A stretch of 64,000 nt of DNA, from NCBI GenBank assembly GCA_010093815.1, contig ML996572.1; one strand, given 5' to 3'. Each line of letters starts with the position of its first letter. Position 1 is the stretch's first letter. Below are positions 38,739 through 52,656 of this stretch, one piece after another. Origin of the DNA: Pseudovirgaria hyperparasitica. Its lineage: Eukaryota. A program made the position numbers and the translations under genes. A model generated the notes under the pieces. The model searched no databases. It saw nothing but the letters and a program-made list of their open reading frames with translations, and was not told the origin of the DNA.

Positions 38739-40435
38739 TTAGACATCAACCGTGACTCTAGCACCACTCGCCGCATCCAAGCCTCTCAAACCATTGATCC
38801 CATCTTCATCACTTTTGAGAAATCCACTAACAATACCTTCGAGCGTCCGACTGCTGCGGTCCTCGACCCCAACCCAGTGCCCAGCGTTGTCAATCACCAC
38901 AACTTGACTATCCCGTGAAAGATACTCCTTCATGCCCTCTAGAGCGACTGACGGATCAAAAGCCGGATCCTGAAGTCCATACACGATTGTCGCGGGAGCC
39001 TTGGAGATGATATTGTTAGTAAACTTTCAGTGTTTCCGACAACGGATTTTCTGGTGATTACCTTCAGTGCACCCTTCGGCGCCGAGTCGAAGAGCCTGCC
39101 AGCATTCGACGACGACCGACGGCGTCCAGTAATATTCTCGGACGTCTTACAATTGGGACCTCTCGAACCTTCGCCATCAAGCTGGTTCAGCGCTACAATG
39201 GTCTCGAGACTCTTCTCCCAGCGCTTATTGGGTAAGCCATGGCGGTAAATACGCAGCTTCGTATTCCAGCCTCCTTCAGGTACCCGGCGCGCAACGTCCG
39301 CAGGATACCCATAATCTTCAGCATATCCAGTACACTGTCCTAGGCCGGGCCCTAGGCTGCAAGCCATAGCTTCGGCACTAAATTCGGGGGTAATAAGTGG
39401 CGTGTAGCTACTGCGTAGGTTGTCCTTGCCTGTAAAGGCGAGGCGATGCATTAGGCGCAGAAACCAACTGTCACCCATACGACCGATCCACGCGGTTATC
39501 GGCAACGGTAGGTTGAAAGCAAAGATATAGCCAGAACGCTCGAGTTGCGTGCCGAGCGGGGCGAGATTACTGAGAGCGGTCCGGAGCAAGCGCAGATTGC
39601 GACCAGGTGATTTAAGAAATGTTGAGAATAGGCGGCGGGAGGTTTGGATGCGATTAGTGATATTTGCTATGGAAAGCGTCGGCTGTTTAGGGTCAGACTT
39701 AGAGCTTTGCATTGATGTGTTGTCTGACTCACATGTAAGACACTGCATATAATGAATCTGTCCGCTAATTGAGGAGCTTCGGCTGCGAGTCTGAAGCCAA
39801 TAACTGACCCCCAATCGTGGGTCACGATGATGACTCGCTCAGGATCGCTGTCAATAAAGTATTTCTCTCTCATGCCAAGAATGAACTCGGACAATGCTTC
39901 TAATACAGGCTCTGCGCTCATACTTGGAAATTCATCGCTGCCCCCATAACAAGGAAGATCCGGCGCAACCAGAATAGAGTCCTTGGAGAGTTGGGGAGAC
40001 GCAATCTGCTTTCTCCAAACGGCGTATGAGTCAGGGAATCCTAGAGGTCATCAGCTTACAATGACTAAAGCGGAGCGAATCTTGAGAAGTACCATGGATG
40101 AAAACTATAAGGTTCTTTTTACCAGCAGCAGAAGAAGGGATTTTCTCAACATAATGGAGCCTTTTACCGTTACGCAGCTTAAAGAATTGATGTGTGGCCC
40201 CAAACGGCTTATTATCGAGACTCCAATACTTTTGTTGAACTGCGCTCTTGTCAGCGAACCTGACGACTGCTTGGTTTTGCCACGTACCGTGTTTCAAGAG
40301 TTCCTTGTCTTTTTCATTCGGCCGTCTCAAGAAGCTTCCATCCATAGTCGCCAGCACGACAAACATGCCGAGCACGAAGAGCCCATAGACATTCGCCAAT
40401 AGACGCAAGAACCAGTGCTTCACGAGCCAATCCAT
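38739..40435 (-). CDS. Alpha/beta hydrolase, epoxide hydrolase-like, multi-exon
   Basis: IVFIHG|FPDS oxyanion region, APDLPCYGGSD, nucleophile elbow VTHDWGS, YGLQDPAF and C-terminal AGHWV, spread across several introns. Confidence 0.85.
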
Positions 40436-41569
40436 TGTGTTGCTCAGTATTTCCGCAGATCGGAGAAGATGTAGCAATGCTTGTTTGGGTATGAATTGTG
40501 TGTATAGCTAATTGGAACTAGAAGCGCAAGGGTACAGGGCATGTCACTAGACCACGGCTGTCGACCGAGCAGCAGCACCTTTGTGAGCGCAGAACCAAAA
40601 TTTGTATGAAGGTTGACACATGTGACACCCGAGAACCGAGCTTCGCAACAATGACTGGATATGGTCTAGAGATTGCTGGGGTCTTGTTGACGCCAGTCTG
40701 TGAAGAAGAGGTCGAAATAAGCTCACAGTAGCTCCAATGCCCAATGACGCTATCAATTCTGACTCTGTAGTAAATGAATAACGAAGGCCTTCGCTTGCTA
40801 GGGGTCGTTCAATACCTCAAAGCTCCGCTAAACAGCTAGCCAGAGCGTTGTCCGATTTTCGTGTGCGGGAGCAAGACGCTCGAAAGAAAGACCACGTTGG
40901 CCAGAGAGGAAGACGGACAGCGCGGGCTCATATACTCGCAAAACTATGACGTCGGTTGTTACACCTTAGGACGCACTTTCGCAATCCCTAACGGAAAGAT
41001 CAACCTCCTTACACACGCACCCCGCCATTGCCGATCGTGATGGTCCATTTGGCCATAGACCAGGTGCCGGACACTTCTGGGCAGTACTTCACGCTAAGTC
41101 GGCTGCAAAATCTCCGCTGAAAATGGACAGGTGTTGACCATTGTCATATCAAGTACGAGTTGTGGAGGCATGTCTCGTTTCGCGCAAAATAAGTGATACA
41201 GTGCAGCCCGAACGAGGTTTTGTCGGTAGCCAGCGGAGCAGATAATGGATTCGGCCTTTTGAGGCATTGAAATATGGAACGCCAGACGAGGCTTCTTCTT
41301 CTAAAATGGCTCATGTGAGCCATGAGATAGATGAGATGACTATATGCTTCGAGAGACATGTGGTTCTTGATTGTCTTTAGCTCGGTGTGCCAATATATTG
41401 AATCAATCGTCCGCCCAATGCACAAAACATGCTGTCGTATATCTAAGTGCTATCTGAAGCGAGCTTCGAACTAATCCTGTCGCTTGATAGTCTCTCCATC
41501 TAAAGATCGAAACGCCGCCCAATGCTGAAATCGAATAGCAAAATGAATATATGTTACAATGTCAGGCAC

Positions 41570-44500
41570 TCACGGGCCGGGGTATCCTATATTCTCACGA
41601 TCGTCGTCAATGACTCGTCCATATCTAAGCAGTCGTCAGTAAGCATTCCGTAGTCGTGCAAGGTAGGCATCCTACTCAAGAAGTAACCTAAAGAACCAAA
41701 CCTCGATATCTTCGTTACGGAGCGCCTTTCCTGCCCACTTACGTCCCTGTGAAGCCATTAGGGGCGCTTGCTCCTGGCCCTCTGATTCTGTTGTGAAGTA
41801 ACGCAGAATCTCGAGCCACTCGTCACCACGGAGAGATAGCGGTATATAATGTACCCAAGGCTTGATCCAGTCCCGATGCCATTCTTGGAAGATTGCCATT
41901 TTGTAGGTCAGTGAAGTGCTCTCTAGGAAGGCATAAAATCGTCCACTGAAAGCATTACCATCAATGTCGAGGAGATGCTTCCACTTCCATGCGTCCTGGG
42001 GATCTACACGCTCTACGACATCGAAGAATTCGATTTGTGCATCGCAGTCGGCTGGGTCGCACTGCCCAACATGTGAGAAATGGATGTCGACGAGTTCTTT
42101 GTATTCGCTCCTCTTGACCTCCTTTCTCTCCCAGTGAGGTGCATGCTCACTTCCCGTGTTTGTGAGTATTTCGGCTTTATCAAGTCCGTTCATCTTGCGG
42201 ACAACATGCTGACGATGATGACGCCTCCAACCTCCATGGCGACTGTACCCTCCAGTAGTAGATCCACGCCAATATATTGCATTGGATTTTTCTTCCCACT
42301 TTACGTCCTTGTCCTCCTCAAAAGTCACTTTGTGCTTCCAGTACCAGGGACTAGGGTAGACGATGTCTTGGTAGCTGCTGATCTTACTCTGAGAAAAGAT
42401 AGGAAAGAGCTCGGTGGCTATATTGTATGCATTCGGACAGTCGAAGAAAGCATGCGTAGTCCGAAGAGATGGAAAGTTACAAATATCGCCAAATGCAGTC
42501 GTATTGTAGACAAAACCCATGTTGCCTAGTGCGTAAGAGGTGAGATTGTCCATAGATACCTCTTCATATTGTTGCGCTGGGCTATTAGGTGAGCAAGACA
42601 TTCTTGAGTGCGTCCACGTGGCTTGATGAGCGAATTGGTTGAATCGTGTGAATGCAATAGGTTCGATACGTTTGCCTTCGCTCATGTCTCCTGGTCTGGG
42701 TGAAAATGCATTTTTTGGTGAGCTATTGGCCAGGGCCTTTGGCATGCGCTCATTCAAGGCGACATCTACAAGGCGAGAGAGACGGTCGTGAGGAACGACA
42801 ACTCGAGGCTCATCATGAATATTGAACGCCAGGTCCATGTCAGGTAAGTGTTGTACAAATGCTTCCATCATACCGACTGTAGCTTGTTGCTGCCATTCTT
42901 CTCCCCGGTCGACCTTGACAACTGTCCCTTCACGTACCAATACTCCAAGCACGAAATTTTCATCATGTCCAAGTACCTCTCTGGCCCGTGCTCGGATTGT
43001 TGCGGGCTCTAATCCCCAGAACGGAGTCATTGATTCATGGATGTTATCGAACTCATCGATGAGCTGTACTCCTCTCCTTGTTGCGTACTCATACCATCGA
43101 TCGAAATTTGGCGGCGGGCTGATCTTGTATCTCCGTTTGTACTCTGCTACAGCCGCACCTAAGGATTTAGACTGTCGATGCAGAAGGGTTTGAAAATCTG
43201 ATGCAGAGTTCTTGATCAATTGATCGACAGGGTGTACATCCGAGGTTCCGATTTGCATGGGCTGCAAAGGCTTCTCAGGATGTTCGAACGCAAATAGAGG
43301 TTCGACTGGATAGCTAGTGCCTAAGAATGCCTTGTGAATATGGTTTACGACAGCTAGAGCCAAGGTCGTTACTCCGAGAACCGCAATGAACTGTCGGAAT
43401 CTTCGCCGCAGTCTTCCATTCGCGGTGTTGAGGCTCGAAGGCCCCATGTCATAGAGATAAACAACAATAGAAAGGCCGCTGCAGATAGTAGTCCAGCTAT
43501 TCCATGATGAGAACCCAGTCGCCAGACGGGCCATCAAACAGGCGGAGAGGGACACAAAACTCGCGAGGAATGCCCCTGAGCGGCGGACCTGTTCCAAGGC
43601 TGCGGTTAGCCTGGAAAATACTCCTTCGTAAGACTCCATAGGGACCAGAGCCGAATAGATAAATAGCTTACCGTGGCAAATAGTAGGGCATTCTCGATGA
43701 TGCATATGAAGACCATTACAGCTACTTGTGTTTTCAAGAAGCCATTCTGTACGACTTGCCAATTACCACCTAGGCGATCTACTCTGTTATTAAATGTCAA
43801 CGCGTCTGTACGGAAACTTTCAAACATAGTCGACGCAACGCCGCAGGATATAGTCAGCACGGCAGCAGCATCCCGAAGAGCAGTGCTAGGTTCACCACCG
43901 TATCGTGAGCTCCTAGATGCCCCACTATATGAAGAAGCTCCAGAAACGCGTCGCGAGAAGGTGCCATTTGCTTCCATATATCCCCTTCCACTCTCTTTTC
44001 CATTCGTCGAGCTCACAATAGCCCATTGCAAAGTTGTAAAGCCGGCACCGATGCAAAGAAGACTACAAATGCCTAATGCAACCCCTTGATTGGTCATGGG
44101 AGATGTGGATAGAGACAGTAACGCCAGTATAGTAACCATCGCGAGGCCCATTCTGGAATCATGTTGCCCGGGCTTATCTTGCGCTAGAAGACCATCTGGC
44201 GGGGATGAAATGAAGAGCGTGGTTGCATCGAGAAGAAGAAGGACGATAAGAGGAAGAAATGCCTGCTCTGGTAAATTACATAGTCCCCGTAAAAGTGTAT
44301 TTTGTGCTAACCTTGAATTGCCATATGCCTTCACGATCGTATGCAGCTCTCTGACAGACTGACGCCAGCGCGAAGAACGCGCCAGCAGCCCAACTCAGTC
44401 TTGTTCGCGTAACATCTTTGAGTCCCGAGAAGAACCCAACGACCAAGCTATTGTAGATCCATATGACGGCCCAAGACACGGAGGATATGAGTAGGGAATG

Positions 44501-44611
44501 CGAGATGGGGGTGGCAGTTTCGGTGACGGTCGACGTAAGGAACAGCGTTGCTGGCAGGAGAATGGCCGAATGCTCAGCGATATAATTCACCAACACTGAA
44601 GCCGGTCGCAT
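41570..44611 (-). CDS. Glycosyltransferase family 90 (CAP10/Cxt1-like xylosyltransferase) with an N-terminal multi-TM region, multi-exon
   Basis: Motifs EYKRRY...PP.FD.WY, LPDMDLAFNIHDEPR, YWRGSTTGG, DIDGNAFSGRF and WVHYIP. The final small exon YGRVIDDDRENIGYPGP ends at 41570. Confidence 0.9.
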
Positions 44612-45107
44612 TGGGAAAGCGAGTGTCAGTTGTTGTTACGCATGACACAGGATTGTGGTTGAACTGCAGGGTATGTATGTGTATGTGTACGGCCTTCAGC
44701 ACGCTTCACGTGGAGCTTGAAGCTAATTAGCCACCTAAGGCGGCTGCCCGGTTCGGCCGGGGGGCTAGATCGTAGGCGCTAGGCAATGCTATCAGGTATG
44801 TCTTCATAGTATCTAACCTCCCCCCTTACAATGGTTCTACGAAGGGGTTATCAGTTTACAGGTCTCTCCATGAGACTTTATCTATCCCTAAAATGTCGTA
44901 TTCCTCCTTCCTAACCTCTGCGCCTACATCAAGTCGCTCTTCTTATTCTCAATCGTCGTCACATCTCCCAATATATTGATACCCGTCACCCGACATGAGA
45001 AACAAACGAAGTTGCCAACGACACTCCATTATGCTATTCAGGCCAGCTGACAGAATATCCGCCATCACAGCTGAGTCTGACGGCTCCATGCGAATCTCGT
45101 AGGAATC

Positions 45108-45716
45108 TCAACTCCTCACTCGCTCGCCATACTTGGAGTACAAAACACCATTGCAGTGCATATGAGCTCCGGTCCGCGCATTGAAAATGTGGCAACCGTT
45201 TTTCGAAACGTGTGGAGGTGTGTACAGGTGTAAGGATATTGCGAATTCTTTTGTATCTGGATTCCCCACCCGGTGGATTCCGAGTTCGTCGGACATGTAG
45301 GTGACCTGGTTTGTCTGATATCTCGTCTCTCGTTTCGGAACCAGTGGTGCAGAACCATTACCTGAAGCCTTTCGTTGATCGGGCCAGTCGTACAGGGTCT
45401 CCGTGAGTTCTCCTTTGAGGACCTTCATAATACAGTGGGAGCCATGGTCGTGGATTGCACTGCCTTTGCCTGGTGTCCACACTAGGATAAGCAGGTTACT
45501 TTTGCCATTGCCCTCGTCAACAAGGTTCCGGGTATATGGGCGAGATGAATCACTGAAGGCGTAGTTTTTCCATTCATCTTCAATGGAAACGTATCTCTCC
45601 ATCAATGCGATCAGTCTCTCAGTATCGACGTCGTTGATGCCTGATGATGGGCCGAGCACGGTGCTAAGGTCCTCAACAAGTTGCTGGAAAGCATTTGGGA
45701 TAGCTGGCGTGGCCAT
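45108..45716 (-). CDS. CDO1: Cysteine dioxygenase type 1 (cupin), intronless, ~202 aa
   Basis: Motifs YTRNLVDEGNGKSNLLILVW.PG.GS.IHDH..HC.MKVL.G.L.ET, GIHRV.N and AISLHLYTPP. Confidence 0.95.
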   Translation of the reverse strand: MATPAIPNAFQQLVEDLSTVLGPSSGINDVDTERLIALMERYVSIEDEWKNYAFSDSSRPYTRNLVDEGNGKSNLLILVWTPGKGSAIHDHGSHCIMKVLKGELTETLYDWPDQRKASGNGSAPLVPKRETRYQTNQVTYMSDELGIHRVGNPDTKEFAISLHLYTPPHVSKNGCHIFNARTGAHMHCNGVLYSKYGERVRS

Positions 45717-46221
45717 GATTGGCAAAACTTGATGCGTTGAACTTATCAGCAGGATTCGAGGAGACTCGGGAATTTGAGCTTAGCAAAGCGAGATGTAATT
45801 TGTGCAATGGAACAAGCAATCAAAATGCACGTAAAAATCCACAACGTCACAGGTGATGTGGCACGTATAAACACTATCCAAGGTGCACGTTGGAAGACAG
45901 GACCGTGAATGTGGGCTGAATGGCCTATGCCACAAGTTTGGCAAGGACCCATATGGAGAGAGGCTTTATCTAAAAATTTGCCCAAGATAAAGTGAGCCGT
46001 TGGAAGCCGTCTATCAAGATACCTCTCCGTCAGGGCGCGTGGTCTGATCACCGTGCTCGGCGTTTCGAAAACGGGTTGCTGCCCCACCACTCTTGGAAAG
46101 CCACCCCACGCGTCATCGCACTTCGCAACAATTTCTCACTCACCAACCAAGCGACGTGTTGTCGAAGAACGTCCCGAATTCTCGAAACATCTCAGCTCCT
46201 CAGGAGTAGGAATCAATCAGT

Positions 46222-47745
46222 ATGGCGACGACCGTGGAGAAGGTATGCAATTCGGTAGACAAATTGCAAACTTCGGCTAACGAGATTCAAGATCAAAAAC
46301 ATCGAAGATGAAGTAGGTGAACAACAACTGCCGCGATCACGCATAACGAAGTCTTACATGATGCAAGATGGCCAAAACCCAAAAGAACAAGGCGACCTCA
46401 TTTCACTTGGGTGCGTGAAGCACGATACAAGAAGAGCCAGATATTTACAATAATTACAGGTCAATTGAAGGCGAAGCTGGCAAAGTTGAAACGCGAGCTA
46501 CTCACGCCAAGTGGAGGTGGCGGCGGTGGAGGAGGTATTATTATCACACGACATCCTGTTTTTGAAGACTTGCTTAGCATGACTCAATAGTCGGATTCGA
46601 CGTCGCCAGGACTGGTGTAGCCAGTGTGGGTTTTATAGGCTTTCCCTCTGTGGGCAAAAGTACGCTCATGAGCAGGCTTACAGGCCAGCATTCGGAGGCC
46701 GCCGCATATGAATTTACAACGGTAATGTAATTTGACGCCTATCTACAGCTCTTCTGACAATCATGTCTAGCTTACGACTGTTCCGGGACAAGTCATGTAT
46801 AACGGCGCTAAAATCCAAATATTGGATCTACCAGGAATTATCCAAGGCGCAAAGGATGGCAAAGGACGAGGTCGTCAAGTGATTGCTGTGGCTAAGACTT
46901 GCCATCTGATTTTCATCGTTTTGGATGTGAACAAACCCCTTACCGACAAACGTGTTATCGAAAACGAGCTTGAGGGATTTGGTATCAGAATAAACAAGAG
47001 TCCACCCAACATTGTGTTCAAGAAAAAGGATAAGGGAGGTATCAATATAACAGCAACGGTTCCTTTAACTCATATCGACCACGGTGTATGGCCCTCACTT
47101 TCGGACCATAGACCTTGAGCTGATCAAGATCAATCCAGGAAATCAAAGCCGTCATGAACGAATACAAAATAAACTCGGCTGATATAGCTATTCGATGTGA
47201 TGCAACCATCGACGATCTTATAGACGTTCTCGAGGCGAAGAGTCGGAGTTACATTCCTGTCATCTACGCCCTCAATAAGATCGATGCTATTTCTATCGAG
47301 GAGCTTGACTTATTGTACCGCATTCCGAACGCTTGTCCGATTAGTTCCGAGCATGGTTGGAATGTGGATGAATTACTTGAGCAAATGTGGGAGAAGCTGA
47401 ATCTGAGGCGGGTATATACGAAGCCAAAGGGAAAATTGCCCGATTACAGCGCGCCTGTTGTGCTCCGCGCCAACGCTTGCACGGTAGAAGACTTTGTTAG
47501 TACCTGTTGTTCAAGATATGTAGACTCAATATCACTAACCAAACGTGTAGTGCCACTCAATCCATAAATCTATCGTGGAGCAATTCAAAGTTGCGATCGT
47601 GTACGGCAAGTCCGTCAAGCACCAGCCGCAGAGAGTAGGCCTTGCACACGAGCTCGGAGACGAGGACATTAGTAAGATCCTTATGTAGACTTTCTCAGGT
47701 CTCACCGTGGCTAATCCTCGTGCAGTTACTATAATCAAGCGATAA
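46222..47745 (+). CDS. RBG1: DRG-family (Obg-like) ribosome-interacting GTPase, Rbg1/DRG1, with many introns
   Basis: Spliced N-terminus [38 protein letters not shown], then [24 protein letters not shown] and a TGS domain ([15 protein letters not shown]). Confidence 0.93.
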
Positions 47746-49414
47746 TTTCTACTTTAGGACTGCCTTCTCCGGAATTGGCTTGGTTCTCAACCTGTATACC
47801 GATGGCGAGGTATCTTCCAGTTCTTCGTAAGAGACATGGCATCCTTTGCGACGGCGATAAAGAGACGAGAAAGGTGTTTGTGTGGGGGTTGTCACACTCA
47901 CACCATAAGTATGAAACGGCATAGCGAGGTTCGGACGCCGATATCTTGCAGGTCAGCTTTGCTATGAGTGGCCGAGCATGAAGCGACTGTCACGAAAGGG
48001 AACCTGCCAAATATCGATCTTGTTTCGAAAATCCAACGGGGCAATTGCCCAAATCATGGTGTACCGAGTCATACAACGTACCAGTTGTCCAGCGATACAA
48101 ATCTGTCTGGAAGTAATTCCATTACTCAGATCTCGCATGCGAACCGACGACAGTTTGTGCACTCGCACAATGCAGTCGTTGTCAGGGACCTTTGACCCCT
48201 GTCGATAGCTTCTTGAGCATAATTCCAAGGAACAATAAATTGAAATCCTGTCAGATTGCAGTTACACTTGGACAAATGGAATTGTCTGTCGATCATCTTG
48301 TGAAGTCACGAGTATAATTTATTTCTTAGGAAGCTGATGGATATTTTAGCTACCTACTCACTTTACAAAGGCGATTGGTATTAGTTGTGTCAAGAGGACA
48401 TCTCCAGTCGGAGCATATTAATGTGTAGCGCAGGGATTGGCAATCAAGGTCATTGCTTCGCCGACAGGCGCCTTGGGCTCCTGATGGCCCGCAACAAGGC
48501 GCTAATAGCACGGTGAGATAGTTGGTGGCCAGTCACAAATCGACTCGCGACAACTCAGTAAGTCCTATAACGTCAACGCCAGTACCACGGCTTCAACAAG
48601 TTGTCCTTTCTTAAACCATTGCCTCATACCCAAAACAAGACTAGAGTTGTCGTCTGACAGCACTTGATGAATATGACCACATTCCAGACGCTCGAGAATG
48701 GGTCGCATTGAAACGCTAGTCGTGTGCTGATGTGGACGGATTGGGCCATGCTGAGTCCGAAGAGCACTCAGAACACGTTGTGATGGAAGTAGTACATCAA
48801 CGCTCGATCTTCATTATCCTGGGCTGAAGGAGGTGATGGTTGAGTGAAACATCGGCTTGGCCAGCCTGGATTTTGACGCTTAACGTATTTAACAACAGTG
48901 AATGCAAAACGTCCCCTGGCCACGCTTGGATTCGCATACTTTGGTACGTGCGGGACACAAACGTCCTCCTAGCTTCTATGGACTTCTTCATGGACCGTAA
49001 TACGCAGCCAGCGGCGTCAATAGGAATCAAAACGTCCGGCAAGCTTTTGGTAAAGGTTTTTTGGGGAGAACGCTTAGCGTTCCCATTTGCTCTGGATTAC
49101 AGGGGATGCACAATGGTTCAGCCTATGGACAATTTTCCGATAAAGGGCCTGTTCCCACTCTTGGCGCTCGACTGAGAGCGTTGCAAAGAGAGCTAATACG
49201 GCGGGTAGTCACAACGCCGGCCGCACTGTGCAGACGGTGCTCAGGAGCTACCTACGCTGGATGTAGGGCCAAAGAACTCAGCACCCTGACTGGACAGGCG
49301 TTGGGCGTGGTTCTCGCTGATCGCTGCAGGCCGCTAGAGATAAAAGAGCAGAATGTGGAGCAGACGGACTGGAGTGAACAGAGCAAGTGAATAGTCGATA
49401 ATGGAGAACGGAAA

Positions 49415-49491
49415 GGCGAAAAGTGAAAAGGGAAAAGTGAAAAGGGAAAAGTGAGGAGGACGGACCAGGACCAGGACCAGGACCAGGACCA
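49415..49491 (+). repeat. Short tandem repeats (GAAAAG[T/G] units, then (GGACCA)5) upstream of the CENP-B-like gene
   Basis: Read directly from the sequence. Confidence 0.8.
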
Positions 49492-50881
49492 AGGGGAGAG
49501 AGAGAGCCCTGAACTTCTGACGCTCCCTGTCTAATACCAGAAGTTGGACTTCAATGTCAACTCAGGGCCTAATAGCTATTAGTCGGCTTCAACACCTGGT
49601 AGGCCCAGGAGTTGACTAATAATTGGCCTACTTTACTCAGGAGAGGGGCCCGCTAAACGCGGCGAGACTTGGCCTTTGGGGAGCATGGAGACTTGTCTGT
49701 TTTCAGCAAAGGAGCAGTCTGCAGGACGCAGGACGCAAGACCCCTTTTCTTTACGGACCATCATCCACCTACCCTCAACACCACCACCACCACCACCAAA
49801 TAGCAATGCCAGTACCAATACCAATACCAATACCAACGCCTCCTCCACGATAGGCCAGTAATACCAGTATTCCAAGACGACTGCTGCTTTGTGCACGCCT
49901 TTGGGCGCCTTCGACGCCTTTCCCGTCCTTTGCCCCCTTCGAGGCTCTCAATTCAACCTATCTACCTGTATACCTTACCTGCCTACTGACCCTCCTCCCG
50001 ACTCCTTACCTCTACTACACTATACACTACACTATCCTCTCCCTCCCCTCCTCCCCTCACGTCCGTCCAGGTAGCTCGACGCTGGTGCATCATCCCAGCC
50101 CGACTTACCGGCAACACTAGCGATACGGCAGGGATCTGTCGAGTCTGTCTGCCCCATCCGTGCCAGTGATTGTCCCTTGTTCAGTCGGTGCTCGTACTTT
50201 CATGATATACCGACTGTTTCTGCTCGACTGCTGATGCTTTTTCGCCGCTCTTTTCTCTCGTTGGTCCCATCAAGCTGGATTCATGCCTCAGTGCTCGGCT
50301 CGTATGGCTTGGATCTGACGTGCTGTTCAATCCATCTGCCCTGACCACAAACAAAAACAGGGGCTCGTCGCCGCTCAGCCTGCATCTCGCATTTCTCCTG
50401 CATCCACTGCAGTCCAGTCCCGCAAATCGCTTCTACACCCGCACCGCACCGCTCCGTACCTAGGTTACCGCCAACATATACCTAATTATCTCCATCTTTA
50501 TACCTGCCATCTCTTGGATCTCTTTGCTGCTCCTGCTGTCTTCCCTGCCACTTTGATACGGCCTTGTTGTCACTCGTCTTTTATCAGCCTCTGTTTGTTG
50601 CACCGACTTCTGTGCCTTGCTCGTGGGGGTTCGCGCATTCCTGTCGGCAGTGGTACCCGCTCGTGTCGCTTCGCCAGGAACCACCACCACCACTACTCCT
50701 CCTCATGCATGCATGCACGCGGTTGTCTCTGAGACGACTATAGACTGCCTGTTCACCTTACCCCGAGTCTGGCGCGCAAGGCTGACGTTCCGCACTTGAA
50801 CTCGACGTGTTTGCCATCTCCATCTTTTGAAGCGGTTGCTCTCCGCACCGCCTTGTGCATCATTCCTACTGGTACCAAGAT

Positions 50882-52656
50882 ATGAGTCAAATGGGCATGG
50901 CTCACGACGAGCACCATCCGCAGCATTATCACGATGGCACTGGACAATGGATGGACGGACCACATTCCTATCATGGCACACCGCAGCATCAGTCACCAGT
51001 ACATGAGTTTAATGGCTTTACATTCAACCCCATTCCCATGGAACCCATATATCCACAACACCAGTACCCACCCCGAACGATGCATCAACAGCTACAGCCC
51101 CTGATAACACCTCAATGGCCAAGTATGTTAACCAGCCAGTCCAGCTATGTGCAACCCATATATCCAACGGCGCCTGGTCCGGCGCCACCAGCGTCGACTC
51201 CGGTATCTGCCTCCTCCACTCGTTCAGGGACGTCATCAACACCACGGAAGACCTTGACTGATCTTGATCGGCGCCGAATGTGTCAATACCACGAAGACCA
51301 TCCCACTGTAAAGCAAACCGAGATCGGAGGTACGATGCATGCGCTATAGCGAAAATAGACAGAGCTAATATATGTTGCAGCAATGTTCGGCGTCGAACGA
51401 AGGTACTGTAACAATAAGCTATCATTTCGCAGTCCCCAGCTGATCCCTGATATAGCACTGTATCAAAGGTTTTACGGCAGAAGGAAAAGTACCTCTATCA
51501 AGGAGAGGACGGTAGCAGGTCTCCAATCAAACGAGCGAAAGGCAAATTTCCAGATATCGAAAGAGCATTGTCCAACTGGGCTCGCAACCACCAGAAACAG
51601 GGACTACCATTGACGGACGCAGCTATCCGCGAGAAGGCTCGTTTCTTTGCGCAGACGGTCGGTAACAACGAAAGTTCGCTCAAGGCCAACAGTACCAGCT
51701 GGTTAGAGAAATTCAAGCAGAAGAACAACTTGGGATCCAAGTCAAGAAAGAATTCTTTGGCTGAAGAATCTGAGGGCGGCTCCAACCCTGGTTCGTCGGC
51801 CCAAACACCCAATGGCATATCACCCACATCTCCAAACGGAGCTCCTTCGCCCTCGCCTGTGACTCTTGCTTCAGCAAAGCTTGAGGAGGTCACGAAACCG
51901 ACAAGCCCCGAAAGTTATGTAGATTTCCACAAACCTTTCCACTCACAAAGTAATACGTCTCTCTCGAGTGTCTTCACTGACACAACCACCTCGACCTATT
52001 CTGCTGGTCCCACCAGTCCAACCTCACCATTTTTCACCCCTGATTCTGCTTGCGCCCAAGGTCACAGCCCGTTCCTTGCTTCACAGCCACAACAGCGGAC
52101 CGCTTCTGGTAGTGCGCCTTCTGGAAACAACGGCTATCATAGACCACGCAGCCAAACCTTCCCTATGCTTGGGGTTGAAGGGTATGCCTCACCATCAACA
52201 TCTTCAGAAGCACTCACGCCTAAGTATTTGAGCAGTACTACACTCGATTCACCCATCTCCGAACGCCCCCAACAGGGTTTTGCTACCGGTACGGAAGACG
52301 CTATTCAGCATTCGCATGCGCTTAGCAGGACTCCAAGTGGGTCTATGCAGCCACCACCACTGCCTAATCCGACAGTCACCATACCACAAACCCAGGCCGG
52401 TGCACAGCAGCATACTCCAATTAGTCCGAGAAGCATCTCACCTTCATCACCGTCACAGGAGGATGCACAGCGCGCCCTCGAGCTTGTCATGAAGTTTTTC
52501 CAGCAACAGCCGAACATGCTCGTCGAACCACAGGAGTACCTGACCATCGGGAAGCTTATGGAAAAGTTGAAGCTGCAGAGGACGCCCACTGGAGAAAATC
52601 TCCCAGGGGGATTACATCCCATCCACGAAAACATCGGGACAGGAGACGGCATGTGA
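50882..52656 (+). CDS. CENP-B/Tc5 helix-turn-helix DNA-binding protein (putative transcription factor). Exons 50882-51329, 51381-51402, 51456-52656
   Basis: RKTLTDLDRRRMC...KQTEIGAMFGVERSTVSKVL is a psq-type HTH. KFPDIERALSNW...LTDAAIREKA..FA...SWLEKFKQKN is the CENP-B HTH. Both introns splice in frame. Confidence 0.88.

Noticed and set aside
47960..49390. Short ORFs between RBG1 and the CENP-B-like gene
   Set aside because: No recognisable homology or consistent exon chain. A decayed gene cannot be excluded.
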